Virus record (IMG/VR): IMGVR_UViG_3300043652_000015
Location: 1 to 57,431 of that record
Source: a virus
Lineage: Duplodnaviria; Caudoviricetes
Direction: 5' to 3' (one strand)
Length of the DNA: 57,431 bases
The notes under the pieces were generated by a model that was given only the letters and a program-made list of their open reading frames with translations, did no database searches and was not told where the DNA came from. Position numbers and translations under genes: made by a program. This document shows positions 35,547 to 45,578 of the stretch, piece after piece. Within the stretch, counting starts at the first letter, position 1. Every line of letters starts with the position of its first letter.

Positions 35547-35758
35547 CCCGCGACGAAGCCATCCAGGGCGCGGCAATGGTGCTGGAGCAGGCCCGCGCCC
35601 GGCGCGACGCCCAGACGCCACACGAAGCCGCGAAGGCCGCCTGGTACCGGGGCCACCCGCTCGGATCAATCGAAGCCCTTGAGGCTCTGATCATCCGTCA
35701 GCGCGAACAGGCACTCACCCGGCAGGCGGCCGAGCAGGACCACGAGGCCGCCGCCTAG
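35543..35758 (+). CDS. Hypothetical protein
   Basis: ATGA overlap with the Cro-like gene. Confidence 0.55.
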   Translation: MTRDEAIQGAAMVLEQARARRDAQTPHEAAKAAWYRGHPLGSIEALEALIIRQREQALTRQAAEQDHEAAA

Positions 35759-35825
35759 CCACCAAAAAGGCCCGACCGCACAACCCCGCTGGATCACGAT
35801 CCGCACCATCCGAAAGCAGACCGCC

Positions 35826-36572
35826 ATGCACGAGCTCGTCCTCATCGAGTCGCGGACCGCGCGACAGGAGTACGCCACACAGGTCGACGTCCTCGACCGG
35901 GCGAAGGCGGTCTCCACCCTCAGCGACAACCTCCACGTGACGACCGAGCACGTCGCCGCGTACTTCGACACGGACCTCGAAGCCATCAAGTCACTCGTCA
36001 AGGACAACCGCGACGAGTTGGGGAGCAACGGCTACGCGGTTCTGGAGGGTGCTCCACTGAGGTCCTTCAAGGACCTCTGTGGGATGCAGTCGCGGGCCCG
36101 ATCACTGGCGCTCTTCGACCGCCGAACCCTGCTGAACGTCGCGATGCTGCTGACGCAGTCCGAGGTGGCCCGCGCAGTTCGCCGGTATCTCCTCGACCGC
36201 GAGCAGGCCGTCCGCGACCTGGAGGCTACTGCGCTCCAGCGTCGTGAGCCCGGGGCCCCGATCACGTGGACGTTCGACGAGTCCGTGGCGATCATCCGGC
36301 AGCGGTACGGCCTGGACTGGTCCGTCGCGGACTTCCGCCGCCTGCTTCGTCAGGCAGGTGTCCTCAAGCAGACCAGCGCCCCGAAGGCGGCATTCAAGCT
36401 CTCGTTCTGGCACACGGGTTGCGCCTACGAGGTCCGTCCGGACTCCCTGCCGCTGCTGACGCACCGCGCATTCCGGGTCAGCCAGGAGCTGGCCGACTTC
36501 CCCGGCATTCAGATGCGCCTCGAACTGGAGGGCTTCGGTCAGGGGCTGCCCGCCCTGGCGCCGACGGCCTGA
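35826..36572 (+). CDS. Antirepressor-like DNA-binding protein (ORF6N/KilA-N-like)
   Basis: TTEHVAAYF..NRDEL..G; LALFDRRTLLNVAMLLTQSEVARAVRRYLLD. Confidence 0.65.
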   Translation: MHELVLIESRTARQEYATQVDVLDRAKAVSTLSDNLHVTTEHVAAYFDTDLEAIKSLVKDNRDELGSNGYAVLEGAPLRSFKDLCGMQSRARSLALFDRRTLLNVAMLLTQSEVARAVRRYLLDREQAVRDLEATALQRREPGAPITWTFDESVAIIRQRYGLDWSVADFRRLLRQAGVLKQTSAPKAAFKLSFWHTGCAYEVRPDSLPLLTHRAFRVSQELADFPGIQMRLELEGFGQGLPALAPTA

Positions 36573-36668
36573 TTTGCCACCTGAACGAAATCGGGCCGCC
36601 ACCCGGGAGGGCTATCCCAGGCAAGCGGCCCTGATCACCACCCACCACACCGTTGAAGGAAGTGGACA

Positions 36669-37025
36669 GTGACTGACACCCAGCCTACCCAGTACCAGCC
36701 CGGCACCCGCCGCAAGGTGACGCCGTCGAACGCCCCGCAGCGCGGCCCGGCCCTGGCCCTTGTGGCCCTGCTCTCCGAGCACAAGGACTTGCCGGCGATC
36801 GAGTGGGGCCTGACGTCCGAGGGGCACCTGTTCGGTACGGCGCATGACCCGGTCGCGTTCGCGGCTTACGCCGAGGTTCTCGGCGGGAAGCCGATGGGGC
36901 CGATCCAGTTCAAGTCGCCGTCGGGTGGCTTCGGGACGTGCGACCAGTTGTTCGCGACCTGGCAGGACGTCGAGTTCAGCCTCGCGGGCCTGTACTCGAC
37001 GCACCCGGGCCAGGTGGCGGCATGA
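36669..37025 (+). CDS. Hypothetical protein
   Basis: GTG after GAAGGA; early operon. Confidence 0.55.
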   Translation: MTDTQPTQYQPGTRRKVTPSNAPQRGPALALVALLSEHKDLPAIEWGLTSEGHLFGTAHDPVAFAAYAEVLGGKPMGPIQFKSPSGGFGTCDQLFATWQDVEFSLAGLYSTHPGQVAA

Positions 37026-37192
37026 CCACCCCCTTGCGGGCCCCGCTGCCTGCCGCTGAGTCTCCGTTGTCGCAGTTCGACCGGTTCATCGCGGAGGGGG
37101 ACCACGACCCGGAGTTGGACCACTGGTGCCCGTGGCTGCTCGCGGAGTACGCGGCGTGGCGGCTGGAGCAGACCGAGGGCGGCCAGCGATGA
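37022..37192 (+). CDS. Hypothetical protein
   Basis: ATGA overlaps on both sides. Confidence 0.5.
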   Translation: MTTPLRAPLPAAESPLSQFDRFIAEGDHDPELDHWCPWLLAEYAAWRLEQTEGGQR

Positions 37193-37305
37193 CGAACCTC
37201 ACGACGTTCGACCAGATCATGTTCGGCCTGTCCATCGCACTCGGCCTCGCCGCCGTGGTGATCTTCACGGTTCTCGCGGTCCGCGAGTCGGAGCGTGGAC
37301 GATGA
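37189..37305 (+). CDS. Small single-TM protein (38 aa, not in ORF track)
   Basis: MTNLTTFDQIMFGLSIALGLAAVVIFTVLAVRESERGR; ATGA overlaps at both ends. Confidence 0.55.
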   Translation: MTNLTTFDQIMFGLSIALGLAAVVIFTVLAVRESERGR

Positions 37306-37718
37306 CCGCCCGCGTGCACGTTGCCCCCGACGCCCAGTGGTTTCGCGTCGCCCTGACCGTCCCTGCCGACATCGTCGCCGGGACGGACCTCCTCGACCAG
37401 TTGGCTGCCGCGTTCGCCGAGGACCCAGTCCGGATCGCCGCCCAACTGCTGGCCCTGCACGAGCTGAACGGGCAGGTCGCCGCCGATGTCGAGGCGGGCC
37501 ATGAGCACTCCGCCGAGCACGCATCGGGTCACGCCGACCTCGTCCGCAACGCCCTCGCCGAGGACCTCCCCCTGGACGTGACGGTCCGCCTCGACGAGCA
37601 GGAAGCCCGCGACCTTTCATCGGCCGCCCTCACCTCGGCCCGGCGCGTGTTCTCCGCCCGCGGCGCCGCCGGCTACGACCCCGCCCGCAAGGCCACACCG
37701 CTGAGGAGCGTCGCATGA
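37302..37718 (+). CDS. Hypothetical protein
   Basis: Coupled ORF in early operon. Confidence 0.55.
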   Translation: MTARVHVAPDAQWFRVALTVPADIVAGTDLLDQLAAAFAEDPVRIAAQLLALHELNGQVAADVEAGHEHSAEHASGHADLVRNALAEDLPLDVTVRLDEQEARDLSSAALTSARRVFSARGAAGYDPARKATPLRSVA

Positions 37719-38146
37719 GCACCCCCATGGGCGAGGACCGCCTCGCCGAGATCGAGTCCGTGCAGCTCGGTGAGTGGTACGCCGGTGAGTGGCGCACCGA
37801 GTACGTCGAGGGTGACGGCGACGAGCCTGCCTACTACCGGGTGAAGTCGGCCGAGGGTCAGACCCTGGCCACGCTGCCGGATTGGGCGGGGCCGATCGCA
37901 ACGCTGCTCGCCGACGCCCACGAGTCGGTCCCGGAGCTGCTGGCCGAGGTCACCCGTCAGCGGAAGGTCATCCTGCGCCTGACGGGCGGCGCCGACGCCG
38001 GGATCCAGCGGGTGCGCCTGCACAAGTCCGAGGCGGGCGACTGGCGGGTGCGCTGGATGCTCGACGGGCGCCGCAAGGCCAAGACGTTCGACACCGAGAC
38101 CGAGGCGCAGGACTGGGCCAAGCAGCTCAAGGCGGGCGCCCTGTGA
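37715..38146 (+). CDS. Hypothetical protein with C-terminal AP2/Arm-like beta-sheet motif
   Basis: WRVRWMLDGRRKAKTFDTETEAQDW. Confidence 0.55.
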   Translation: MSTPMGEDRLAEIESVQLGEWYAGEWRTEYVEGDGDEPAYYRVKSAEGQTLATLPDWAGPIATLLADAHESVPELLAEVTRQRKVILRLTGGADAGIQRVRLHKSEAGDWRVRWMLDGRRKAKTFDTETEAQDWAKQLKAGAL

Positions 38147-39018
38147 CCGCGATCCTCGATACCCCGACGCAGCTCCAGCTCACCGGTTTCGCCCCGGGTG
38201 TCCACCAGATCCCCGCCGACCTGTACCACGCCCAGACCGATGTCCTGTCGTCGTCGGGTGCCCGGCTGCTGATCAACCCGTCGTGTCCGGCGAAGTTCCG
38301 GCAGGCCATGGACTTCCCGCAGCCGGCCAGGAAGACGTTCGACATGGGGACCGCGGCTCACCGCGAGGTGCTGGGTGACGGCCCGGACCTGGTCGTCGTC
38401 GACGCGAAGTTGTGGAACACCGACGCGATCCGGGCCGAGGTCGCCGACATTCGGGCCGAGGGCGGGGTGCCGCTCAAGCGCGGCGAGTACGACACCGTCC
38501 AGGCCATGGCGACGGCACTGCGCCGGCACCCGCTCGCAGCGAAGCTGTTCGACCCGTCGAAAGGCCGCCCGGAGCAGTCGCTGTTCTGGCAGGACGAGCG
38601 GACCGGTGTGCAGTGCCGGGCCCGGCTCGACTGGCTGCGCGAGACCGACGGCGGCCGGATGTTGTGCCCGGAGTACAAGTCCGCCAATGACGCCTCGACG
38701 AAGGCGTTCAACCGGGCGGTCGCGGACTACGGCTACCACCAGCAGGACGAGTGGAACAGCGACGGCATCCGCCAGTTGAAGATCGCCGACGACGTGCAGT
38801 TCCTGTTCGTGATTCAGGAGAAGACGCCCCCCTACCTGGTCAATGTCGTGCAGTTGCTGCCGACGTGGCTGGTCATGGCCGAGGCCCGCAACGCCCGGGC
38901 CAGGGAGACCTTCAAGGCGTGCATGGAATCCGGCGAGTGGCCGGGATACGAGCAAGAGATCCAGCAGGTCACGCCGCCGACCTGGCTGGAGACCGAACAC
39001 GAGCGCGAGTACTCGTGA
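38143..39018 (+). CDS. RecE / exonuclease VIII-like PD-(D/E)XK exonuclease
   Basis: LSSSGAR..P, GTAAH, EQSLFWQD..CRARLDWL, EYKS, YGYHQQ, QEKTPPY. Confidence 0.85.
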   Translation: MTAILDTPTQLQLTGFAPGVHQIPADLYHAQTDVLSSSGARLLINPSCPAKFRQAMDFPQPARKTFDMGTAAHREVLGDGPDLVVVDAKLWNTDAIRAEVADIRAEGGVPLKRGEYDTVQAMATALRRHPLAAKLFDPSKGRPEQSLFWQDERTGVQCRARLDWLRETDGGRMLCPEYKSANDASTKAFNRAVADYGYHQQDEWNSDGIRQLKIADDVQFLFVIQEKTPPYLVNVVQLLPTWLVMAEARNARARETFKACMESGEWPGYEQEIQQVTPPTWLETEHEREYS

Positions 39019-39053
39019 CCGCCCCACCCAACCCTCAGACGAAGGACCTTCCC

Positions 39054-39983
39054 ATGGCCGAGCTCGCGATTCCCGAGCAGCAGTACTCCCCCGCCGTCCC
39101 GGACGTGCAGGAGCCGCGCGTCGTCCGGCAGGCCTCGCTGGCCGTCTGGGCCCAGGAGGCCGACGTGGCCTTCCGGCTGGCCGAACAGCTCGCCAAGACC
39201 TCGTTCGTCCCGGCCACGATGAAGGGCAACGTCGACAACATCACCGCCTGCCTCCTCGCCGGCAACGAGCTGGGCCTGCCACCGATGGCCGCCCTGAAGT
39301 CCATGGACGTCATCCACGGCGTCGTGGGCCTGCGGGCGCACGCCATGCGCGGACTCGTCCAGTCGCACGGCCACGAGATCGAGATCATCGAGTCGACCGC
39401 CACCGTGTGCCAGATCCGCGGACGCCGGAAGGGCACCGAGGACTGGCAGACCAGCGTCTGGACGATCGGCCGGGCGCAGCTGGCCGGGTACGCGGCGAAG
39501 AACGCGATGTACCGGACCGTTCCGACGGACATGCTCGCGGCCCGGTCCACGGGCGAGGTGTGCCGGTGGATCGCCTCCGACGTGCTCCACGGCGTCCCGT
39601 ACAACACGGACGAGCTGCGGGACATCGAGCCGAAGACCACCACGGTTCGGGTCGGTGCCCCGGTGACGGCCGCCGAGATCCTCGGTACCCCGCCGGCCCC
39701 GATGCCCGAGCTGACCCAGGCCGCACCGGACGAGGGCGACGGCGACGGCGAGGTGACCGACGGCGAGTTCGTCGACGAGCCCACCCCGGACGCCCTGCCG
39801 CTGACCGGGTGGCAGACGGCCTGGCGTGAGATCGGTGTGATCGCCGTCCGGCTCGGCTGGACCGAGGACAAGGCCAAGGCGGAATACGCGGACAAGTTCC
39901 CGAACGTGCCGCTCGACCAGTCCACCGTCGACGACCTCGGCGAGTTCGCCACGCACCTGCTCACGCTGGACGGTGCCGAATGA
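39054..39983 (+). CDS. RecT-like single-strand annealing protein
   Basis: Follows RecE; TSFVP..GNELGLPPMAAL..VIHG, WTIGRAQLAG, P.DMLAAR. Confidence 0.75.
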   Translation: MAELAIPEQQYSPAVPDVQEPRVVRQASLAVWAQEADVAFRLAEQLAKTSFVPATMKGNVDNITACLLAGNELGLPPMAALKSMDVIHGVVGLRAHAMRGLVQSHGHEIEIIESTATVCQIRGRRKGTEDWQTSVWTIGRAQLAGYAAKNAMYRTVPTDMLAARSTGEVCRWIASDVLHGVPYNTDELRDIEPKTTTVRVGAPVTAAEILGTPPAPMPELTQAAPDEGDGDGEVTDGEFVDEPTPDALPLTGWQTAWREIGVIAVRLGWTEDKAKAEYADKFPNVPLDQSTVDDLGEFATHLLTLDGAE

Positions 39984-40684
39984 GCATCAACCACCTCTCC
40001 CAGGCCGAGCGGTACCTGTCCTATGCGTCGTGGTTCAAGGGCACCGGCCCCGACGCGGTGTTCACGAACCCGGAGTCGGCGGCGATCCTCGCGACGCTGG
40101 CCAACGCCCATGCCGCGCTGGCGCACCTGCCGGAGCAGCAGGTCAACGGCCAGGAGCAGCTACGCGAGACCCAGCGGGACCTGGCGTTGACGCAGCGCGT
40201 TGTCGGCGAGGTCATCGCCGACGCCCTGATCGACGGCCACGACGCGGCACAGCAGGCCGTCCACAGCCTGGCCTACGCGCTGAAGTCGCGCTACGTCGGC
40301 GTCGAGGCGCAGATCGAAGCCCGCATGGAGGTCCGGGGTCACACCTACGACCCGGACGGGCCGCCGCCGGTCTACATCGCCGAGGCCGAGCCTCCCGCCA
40401 GGCCGACCGGTGACGACCTCGCGCAGGCGGCGTTCCGGAGCCTGGCAGCGAGGTACCGCGACGTGATTGCCGAGTTCATCGCGGGCGAGTTGACGTCCTC
40501 GGTGGACGGCCGGTGGTGCGTGGCGCAGGAGTTCTCCACGCTGCTCGACGGCCTGGGCCTGAACGTCGACGACGCGGTCGACCAGCGCCTCGACTCCACC
40601 GACATGGGCCAGTTGGCCCGGAAGCGGCCCTCGGTTCGATACCCGCACCTGGGTGACCCGTGGACGGACGAGCCCCCGTTCTGA
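39980..40684 (+). CDS. Hypothetical protein
   Basis: ATGA overlap; C-terminal DEPPF tail reminiscent of SSB C-termini. Confidence 0.55.
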   Translation: MSINHLSQAERYLSYASWFKGTGPDAVFTNPESAAILATLANAHAALAHLPEQQVNGQEQLRETQRDLALTQRVVGEVIADALIDGHDAAQQAVHSLAYALKSRYVGVEAQIEARMEVRGHTYDPDGPPPVYIAEAEPPARPTGDDLAQAAFRSLAARYRDVIAEFIAGELTSSVDGRWCVAQEFSTLLDGLGLNVDDAVDQRLDSTDMGQLARKRPSVRYPHLGDPWTDEPPF

Positions 40685-40688
40685 CGCC

Positions 40689-40720
40689 GGTGGCCCCGGT
40701 CCGCCGAGACCGGGGCCACC
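40689..40720 (+). terminator. Stem-loop
   Basis: GGTGGCCCCGGTC-N6-GACCGGGGCCACC perfect 13-bp stem right after a stop codon. Confidence 0.55.
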
Positions 40721-40751
40721 CCGAACCACCAACTACAGCTTGGAGTTTCTC

Positions 40752-41615
40752 ATGGTCAGCACCACCCTCGCGTTCCCCGACGACGAGTCCCCGTTCGACT
40801 CAATCAAGCGAGTGCGCCCGGACGGCTCGGAGTACTGGACCGCCCGCGAACTCGTCCCCCTGCTCGGCTACTTCAAGTGGGAACGCGTCCCCGCCGTCAT
40901 CGCCCGCGCCGAAGCCGCGGCCGGCAACAGCGGTCATGACCCGGCCGACCATTTTCGACCCTCCTCGCAGATGGTCCCGATCGGCTCCGGCGCCAGCCGC
41001 GAACTCGACGACTACGAGCTGACCCGATACGGGGCCTACCTCGTGGCCATGAACGGCGACCCGAGGAAGCCGAAGGTCGCCGCGGCTCAGACGTACTTCG
41101 CCGTCAAGACGCACGAGGCCGAGATCCGTCCGACCGCAGCGTTGGAGGACCAGCTCGCGCTCGCCCTGCGGCTGATCGCCGCCAAGGACCAGATCAACGC
41201 GCTCACCGTGTCGCACGCCGACCTGGCGCAGCGGGTCGCCGACCTGGAGCCGAAGGCGGAGGGCTACGACGATCTGATCGCGGCGGAGGGCTGCTTCGAC
41301 ATGAGCGCCGTCGCGAAGATCCTCTCCCCTGCGACAGGGACCATCGGCCGCACCCGGCTCCTGAACCTCCTGCGCGGCATGGGGATCATCCTGCAGGGCT
41401 CGACGCTGCCGGAGCAGAAGTACATCGAGCGCGGGTACTTCCAGGTCCGCACGGACATCGTGAACGGCAAGGCCGTCGCCTCGACGGTGGCCACGCCGAA
41501 GGGCCTGCGCTGGCTCCAGTTCGAGCTGCGCGAGGACCGGCCGACGCTGGCCCACCGCACGCAGCCGAACGTGGTGCAGCTTCCGCAGCAGCAGGACCGC
41601 CGGGAGCTCGGATGA
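40752..41615 (+). CDS. Antirepressor (BRO/DinD-like N-terminus, KilAC/ANT C-terminus)
   Basis: SPFDSIK..EYWTAREL..LGY..W; LTRYGAYLVAMNGDPRKP..AQTYFA; EPKA..IGRTRL..PEQKYIERGYF..TPKG. Confidence 0.85.
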   Translation: MVSTTLAFPDDESPFDSIKRVRPDGSEYWTARELVPLLGYFKWERVPAVIARAEAAAGNSGHDPADHFRPSSQMVPIGSGASRELDDYELTRYGAYLVAMNGDPRKPKVAAAQTYFAVKTHEAEIRPTAALEDQLALALRLIAAKDQINALTVSHADLAQRVADLEPKAEGYDDLIAAEGCFDMSAVAKILSPATGTIGRTRLLNLLRGMGIILQGSTLPEQKYIERGYFQVRTDIVNGKAVASTVATPKGLRWLQFELREDRPTLAHRTQPNVVQLPQQQDRRELG

Positions 41616-41731
41616 TCCTCGCCGCCTTGGCCGCTGCCCCGTTCGCCTGGGCTGCCGCTTCCCTGCTGGTCCTGCTCGTCGCCGCCGCCGTGCGCGGCAT
41701 CCGCAACCACCGTGCGCCCGAGGAGGGCTGA
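41612..41731 (+). CDS. Small hydrophobic protein (39 aa, not in ORF track)
   Basis: MILAALAAAPFAWAAASLLVLLVAAAVRGIRNH..; overlaps both neighbours. Confidence 0.45.
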   Translation: MILAALAAAPFAWAAASLLVLLVAAAVRGIRNHRAPEEG

Positions 41732-41952
41732 TGTTCAACGCGAAGAAGCGCGAGATCGAGCGCCTCCAGGCCACCGTCGATGTCTACGGCGAGCGCCTGG
41801 GCGAGCACCACGACTCCATGGGCTCCTGCGAGGAAGCCCGGATCGCACTCCAGGAGTCGCGGAACGCCCTCAAGGCCCGCGTGTCCGAGCTGGAGAAGAA
41901 GCTCATCGCCGTCGGCCATGCCGCGTCCAAGGTGCCGGAGGGCGGGTCATGA
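41731..41952 (+). CDS. Small coiled-coil protein
   Basis: ATG after GGAGG. Confidence 0.55.
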   Translation: MFNAKKREIERLQATVDVYGERLGEHHDSMGSCEEARIALQESRNALKARVSELEKKLIAVGHAASKVPEGGS

Positions 41953-42653
41953 CCTGGACCATGCGCCGAGCCGGCTGGGATACCGAGACGACTGGCACCA
42001 CCGCGGACGACCGCATCGTGACCGCCGCCGTGGTGTTCGCGGGTGGCGGGAAGCCGGACCTGACGTTCACCTGGCTGATCAACTCCGGTAAGGCCAGCCA
42101 CCCGAAGGCCGTCGAGACCCACGGCATCACTGACGAGCGGCAGGTCGCCGAGGGCCAGGATCCGAAGGTCGCCCTCGACGACATCGCAAGCAAGCTGGTC
42201 GCGGCCCTGGACTACGGCATGCCGGTCGCCGGGTTCAATGTGCCGTTCGACTGGTCGATGCTCGACCGCGACCTGGCCCGCAACGGCCTCCCGTCGATGG
42301 CTGAGCGCCTGACCCGGCCGCTGACCGGTCTGGTCGACGGGCTGCTGCTGGACCGCGTCGTCGACAAGTACCGGTCGGGGCCGCGCAATCTGACGGCGGC
42401 CTGCGCGCACTACGGCGTGGTGCTGGAGAACGCGCACACCGCCGATGCGGACGCGTGGGCTGCACTGCGGGTCACGGATCGGATCGTTGAGCGGTACCCG
42501 CTGGTCCGGGAGATGGACGCGGCGGATCTCTTCGCCGCGCAGGTCGGCTGGTACGCGGCCTGGGCTGAGGGCTTCGAGGCGTACAAGCGCAAGACGGACC
42601 CGACTGTGGTCATCCCGCGCGAGTGGCCGCTGACGCCGGCGGTCGCCCCGTGA
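41949..42653 (+). CDS. DnaQ-like DEDDh 3'-5' exonuclease
   Basis: WDTETTG, HGIT, FNVPFD, AHTADADA. Confidence 0.9.
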   Translation: MTWTMRRAGWDTETTGTTADDRIVTAAVVFAGGGKPDLTFTWLINSGKASHPKAVETHGITDERQVAEGQDPKVALDDIASKLVAALDYGMPVAGFNVPFDWSMLDRDLARNGLPSMAERLTRPLTGLVDGLLLDRVVDKYRSGPRNLTAACAHYGVVLENAHTADADAWAALRVTDRIVERYPLVREMDAADLFAAQVGWYAAWAEGFEAYKRKTDPTVVIPREWPLTPAVAP

Positions 42654-42830
42654 CTCGTCTCCTGCGGCTGCTGGCCCGCCGTCGCCCGCCCGCCCCGGTG
42701 GTCCCGCCTCCGCGTGGCCTGCTGACCGCCCAGTGGCACCTCCGCAAGCCCTGACCACTCCCGCCCGCCGCGTGGCCGGGCACGCCCACCGCCGGGTCAC
42801 ACCGGCCGCACCACCCACAAGGAGCACACC

Positions 42831-43007
42831 GTGAGCACCCTCACCGCACCCCGGACGGTCGACCAGATCAGGGACGACATCCGCCGCTACACCGAACGCC
42901 TGAACGTCAACTGCGTCATGGCGAGCACCCATTGGTACAACGAGACCATCGCCAAGCGCGACGCCGCCTACACGGAGCTGGCCACACTGCGGGCAGGTGC
43001 CCGATGA
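42831..43007 (+). CDS. Hypothetical protein (58 aa, not in ORF track)
   Basis: GTG after AAGGAG; ATGA overlap with the next gene. Confidence 0.5.
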   Translation: MSTLTAPRTVDQIRDDIRRYTERLNVNCVMASTHWYNETIAKRDAAYTELATLRAGAR

Positions 43008-43411
43008 GCGGCACGAAGGCCACCCGCCAGCAGGCAGCCCGGATCACCCGCCTCCTGGCCCAGTGCGAGCACGCGCACGGGTTCCGCTTCGAGGTCCCCG
43101 GCGCCCCGTCGATCACCGTCCACGTCGAACCCGACGGCATGGGCCACTGGGCGGTGTTCCGCTTCGGCTGGCAGCAGCCCGTGACCCTCGGCGTCGACGG
43201 CTGGGTGCCGGTCGCCGAGGTCCCCGTGGCCGAGCAGTTCCGCTGGTCGGTCGCCGAAGCCCTCGACCAGGCCCCCGCACTCCTCGACACCGAGCAGGCT
43301 GCCCACGCCGCGTGGCAGCAGCAGCACGAGCAGGCGAGGCGCGCCGGCCAGCTCGCTGCGGTCGTCGACGAGCTCCTCGATCCGGCCCGGGTGGCGGTGG
43401 GCTCGTGCTGA
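43004..43411 (+). CDS. Hypothetical protein
   Basis: Coupled ORF. Confidence 0.55.
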   Translation: MSGTKATRQQAARITRLLAQCEHAHGFRFEVPGAPSITVHVEPDGMGHWAVFRFGWQQPVTLGVDGWVPVAEVPVAEQFRWSVAEALDQAPALLDTEQAAHAAWQQQHEQARRAGQLAAVVDELLDPARVAVGSC

Positions 43412-44109
43412 ACATTCGCCTCAACCTCACGTCGCTGTTCCGTGGCCCGGGGAAGCGCCGGCTGCCGGATGCCCTTCCGACGGCGCGGGCCCGGATCACC
43501 GAGCTGGAGGCCGCAGCGGTCACCGCCGAGGCCGAGCACGCCAAGGAGATCACGGAGGTTCGCAAGGCCCTGCACCACGGCGCCCAGCAGTTCAACGCCC
43601 TGGTCGAGGACCGGAAGCTGCTGCTGCGGGCCTACGAGTGGAACGTTGCCGAGGTCAAGCGCCTGAACCAGATCCTCGACGCCACGGACGGGCAGCCCAC
43701 CACGGCGGTCCCCGCACTCGCGGACGAGCCGGACAGTTTCACCGCCGTCCCCGACCCGGCACCGGTCCCGGACTTCCGGATCAGCGACGTCCCGCCGGGC
43801 CCGACCGGTGAGGCGGCGGACGTCAACGCCTGGACGCAGCAGGTCGACGTGCGGGCCTTCCGGCAGGGCTGGGTGGCCGCACCCAACGCAGGCCCGGTGC
43901 ATGTGCCGTGGGGTGTCGGCGGGCCATCCACACGCCCGCCGCTGCCCGACGAGGCGGTCACGGAACGCCTGTCCGCGATCACCGCCGTACAGCCGCTCTG
44001 GCAGTCCGTACCCGTGACGGTCGACCTCACGAAGGCCGTCGAACTGTCCCCCGTCACCGGCAGCCGGGCCCGCGAGTCCGTCCACGCCGCCGTCGGAGGT
44101 GCCGCATGA
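43405..44109 (+). CDS. Hypothetical protein (coiled coil, Pro-rich tail)
   Basis: Coupled ORF. Confidence 0.5.
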   Translation: MLNIRLNLTSLFRGPGKRRLPDALPTARARITELEAAAVTAEAEHAKEITEVRKALHHGAQQFNALVEDRKLLLRAYEWNVAEVKRLNQILDATDGQPTTAVPALADEPDSFTAVPDPAPVPDFRISDVPPGPTGEAADVNAWTQQVDVRAFRQGWVAAPNAGPVHVPWGVGGPSTRPPLPDEAVTERLSAITAVQPLWQSVPVTVDLTKAVELSPVTGSRARESVHAAVGGAA

Positions 44110-44226
44110 GACGCCTCTGGTGCCGGCTCACCGCCTGGCTCCACCTCGACCCCGAGCTCATCGAGTCCATCGGCGACTGCCCCGAACCCAACTGACCAAC
44201 CCGTTGCTACCCGAGAGGAGCCCCCA

Positions 44227-44976
44227 GTGCCCCAGTCCACGAAGAGCGCGGTCAACCAGGTCATCGAGGAGCCATTCCTCGGCGAGCTCCAGAAGCTGCG
44301 CGCCGACCGCGACCCGCGCCTGCCGATCGTCCTCAAGGTCGCCAACCTGAACGGCTGGACCTACCAGGCACTCGGCGACGCCATCGGCATCACCCGAGAG
44401 GGAGTCCGACAGAAGATCACACGGGCCGGGCTGGACCCGCATGGGGTGCTCCCCGAGATCCCTCTCGCCCCCCGCCGGACGGTGGCGTCGCCCAAGGCTC
44501 CCAAGGCTCGACTGCGCGTCAAGCCCGAGGTCGCGGATCGCCTGTACGAGATGTGGCTTGTCGCCAGCACCGTCAATGGGCGCACTCCTGCGGATGCTCC
44601 AGAGCGGAAGGTCAGCGAGGAGTACACCGCGCTCCTCGCTGCCCTTGTCGATCAAGGTGTGGCCGTCAAGGAGATCGGGCGGGCAATCGGCATCAACCGC
44701 ACAGGCATCAACGCTCGCCTCGCCCGTCACGGATACCGACCTGCCAGCCCATCGCAGGCCCACAACACCTACAAGGGCCAGCCCACAAAGTCGGGCGAGC
44801 AGACCGAATGCAAGTGGGGCCACCCGCTATCGGGCGACAACCTCCGCATCGTCTCCACCACCGGAATGCGGGCGTGTCGGGCCTGTGGGCGCCGACGCAG
44901 CAGTGAGTACAACGCCCGCAAGCGCGCCAAAGCCGGGCTCGGAGTCCCACGCCCATACCGCCGCAAGACCACCTGA
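44227..44976 (+). CDS. Double-HTH protein with C-terminal Cys/His motif
   Basis: WTYQALGDAIGITREGVRQ; VAVKEIGRAIGINRTGINARL; CKWGH..N..RACRAC. Confidence 0.65.
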   Translation: MPQSTKSAVNQVIEEPFLGELQKLRADRDPRLPIVLKVANLNGWTYQALGDAIGITREGVRQKITRAGLDPHGVLPEIPLAPRRTVASPKAPKARLRVKPEVADRLYEMWLVASTVNGRTPADAPERKVSEEYTALLAALVDQGVAVKEIGRAIGINRTGINARLARHGYRPASPSQAHNTYKGQPTKSGEQTECKWGHPLSGDNLRIVSTTGMRACRACGRRRSSEYNARKRAKAGLGVPRPYRRKTT

Positions 44977-44992
44977 CCTGACCCATCCCTGT

Positions 44993-45020
44993 GGCCGCGG
45001 GGTTCAGCGACCCCGCGGCC
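44993..45020 (+). terminator. Stem-loop
   Basis: GGCCGCGGGGT-N6-ACCCCGCGGCC. Confidence 0.5.
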
Positions 45021-45037
45021 CACCACCGGAGACCCCG

Positions 45038-45178
45038 ATGACCATCCAGGACACCGTCAACGCGTTCATCATCTTCCACCCCGTCCGCACCAACGCCCTG
45101 ATCCTCGCCGACGCCTGCGCCGCCCTCGGCTTCTTCGCTGCCGCGATCTGGCTCCACGTCACCGAGGACCGCACATGA
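45038..45178 (+). CDS. Small TM protein
   Basis: ATG after GGAG; one hydrophobic helix. Confidence 0.45.
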   Translation: MTIQDTVNAFIIFHPVRTNALILADACAALGFFAAAIWLHVTEDRT

Positions 45179-45351
45179 TCCGCCGACTGATCAACGCACT
45201 CCTCGCCGCCGACCGCATCGCCGAAGCCCGCCGCGTCTACGACCAGCAGAACGCCGCCCTCGACGCCAAAGAAGCCCGCGACGAAGCCGAGATCGCAGCC
45301 CTCGAAGCGCTCCTGACGCTCGACCTCGCGGAACCGAGGAACACCCGATGA
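45175..45351 (+). CDS. Hypothetical protein (58 aa, not in ORF track)
   Basis: ATGA overlaps on both sides. Confidence 0.5.
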   Translation: MIRRLINALLAADRIAEARRVYDQQNAALDAKEARDEAEIAALEALLTLDLAEPRNTR

Positions 45352-45578
45352 GCCGCCAAGCCATCCCGCCCGCAGCCGAACGCCTCGGCCCGCGCGAAAC
45401 CAGCCCCGGCCAGCAAGCCGCCGCCACCCGCACCGTCCTCCGCCACGCCGTCAGCGAGGAGGACGCCGACCAGCTGCTCTACGAAATCGGACTACTCCCC
45501 GACCCGCTCGCCCTCAAGCGCAATCCGAAAGCACCCCACAAAGTCGCCGCCGACCAGGCCAGGAAGGACCAGCCATGA
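45348..45578 (+). CDS. Hypothetical protein
   Basis: Coupled ORF. Confidence 0.5.
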   Translation: MSRQAIPPAAERLGPRETSPGQQAAATRTVLRHAVSEEDADQLLYEIGLLPDPLALKRNPKAPHKVAADQARKDQP

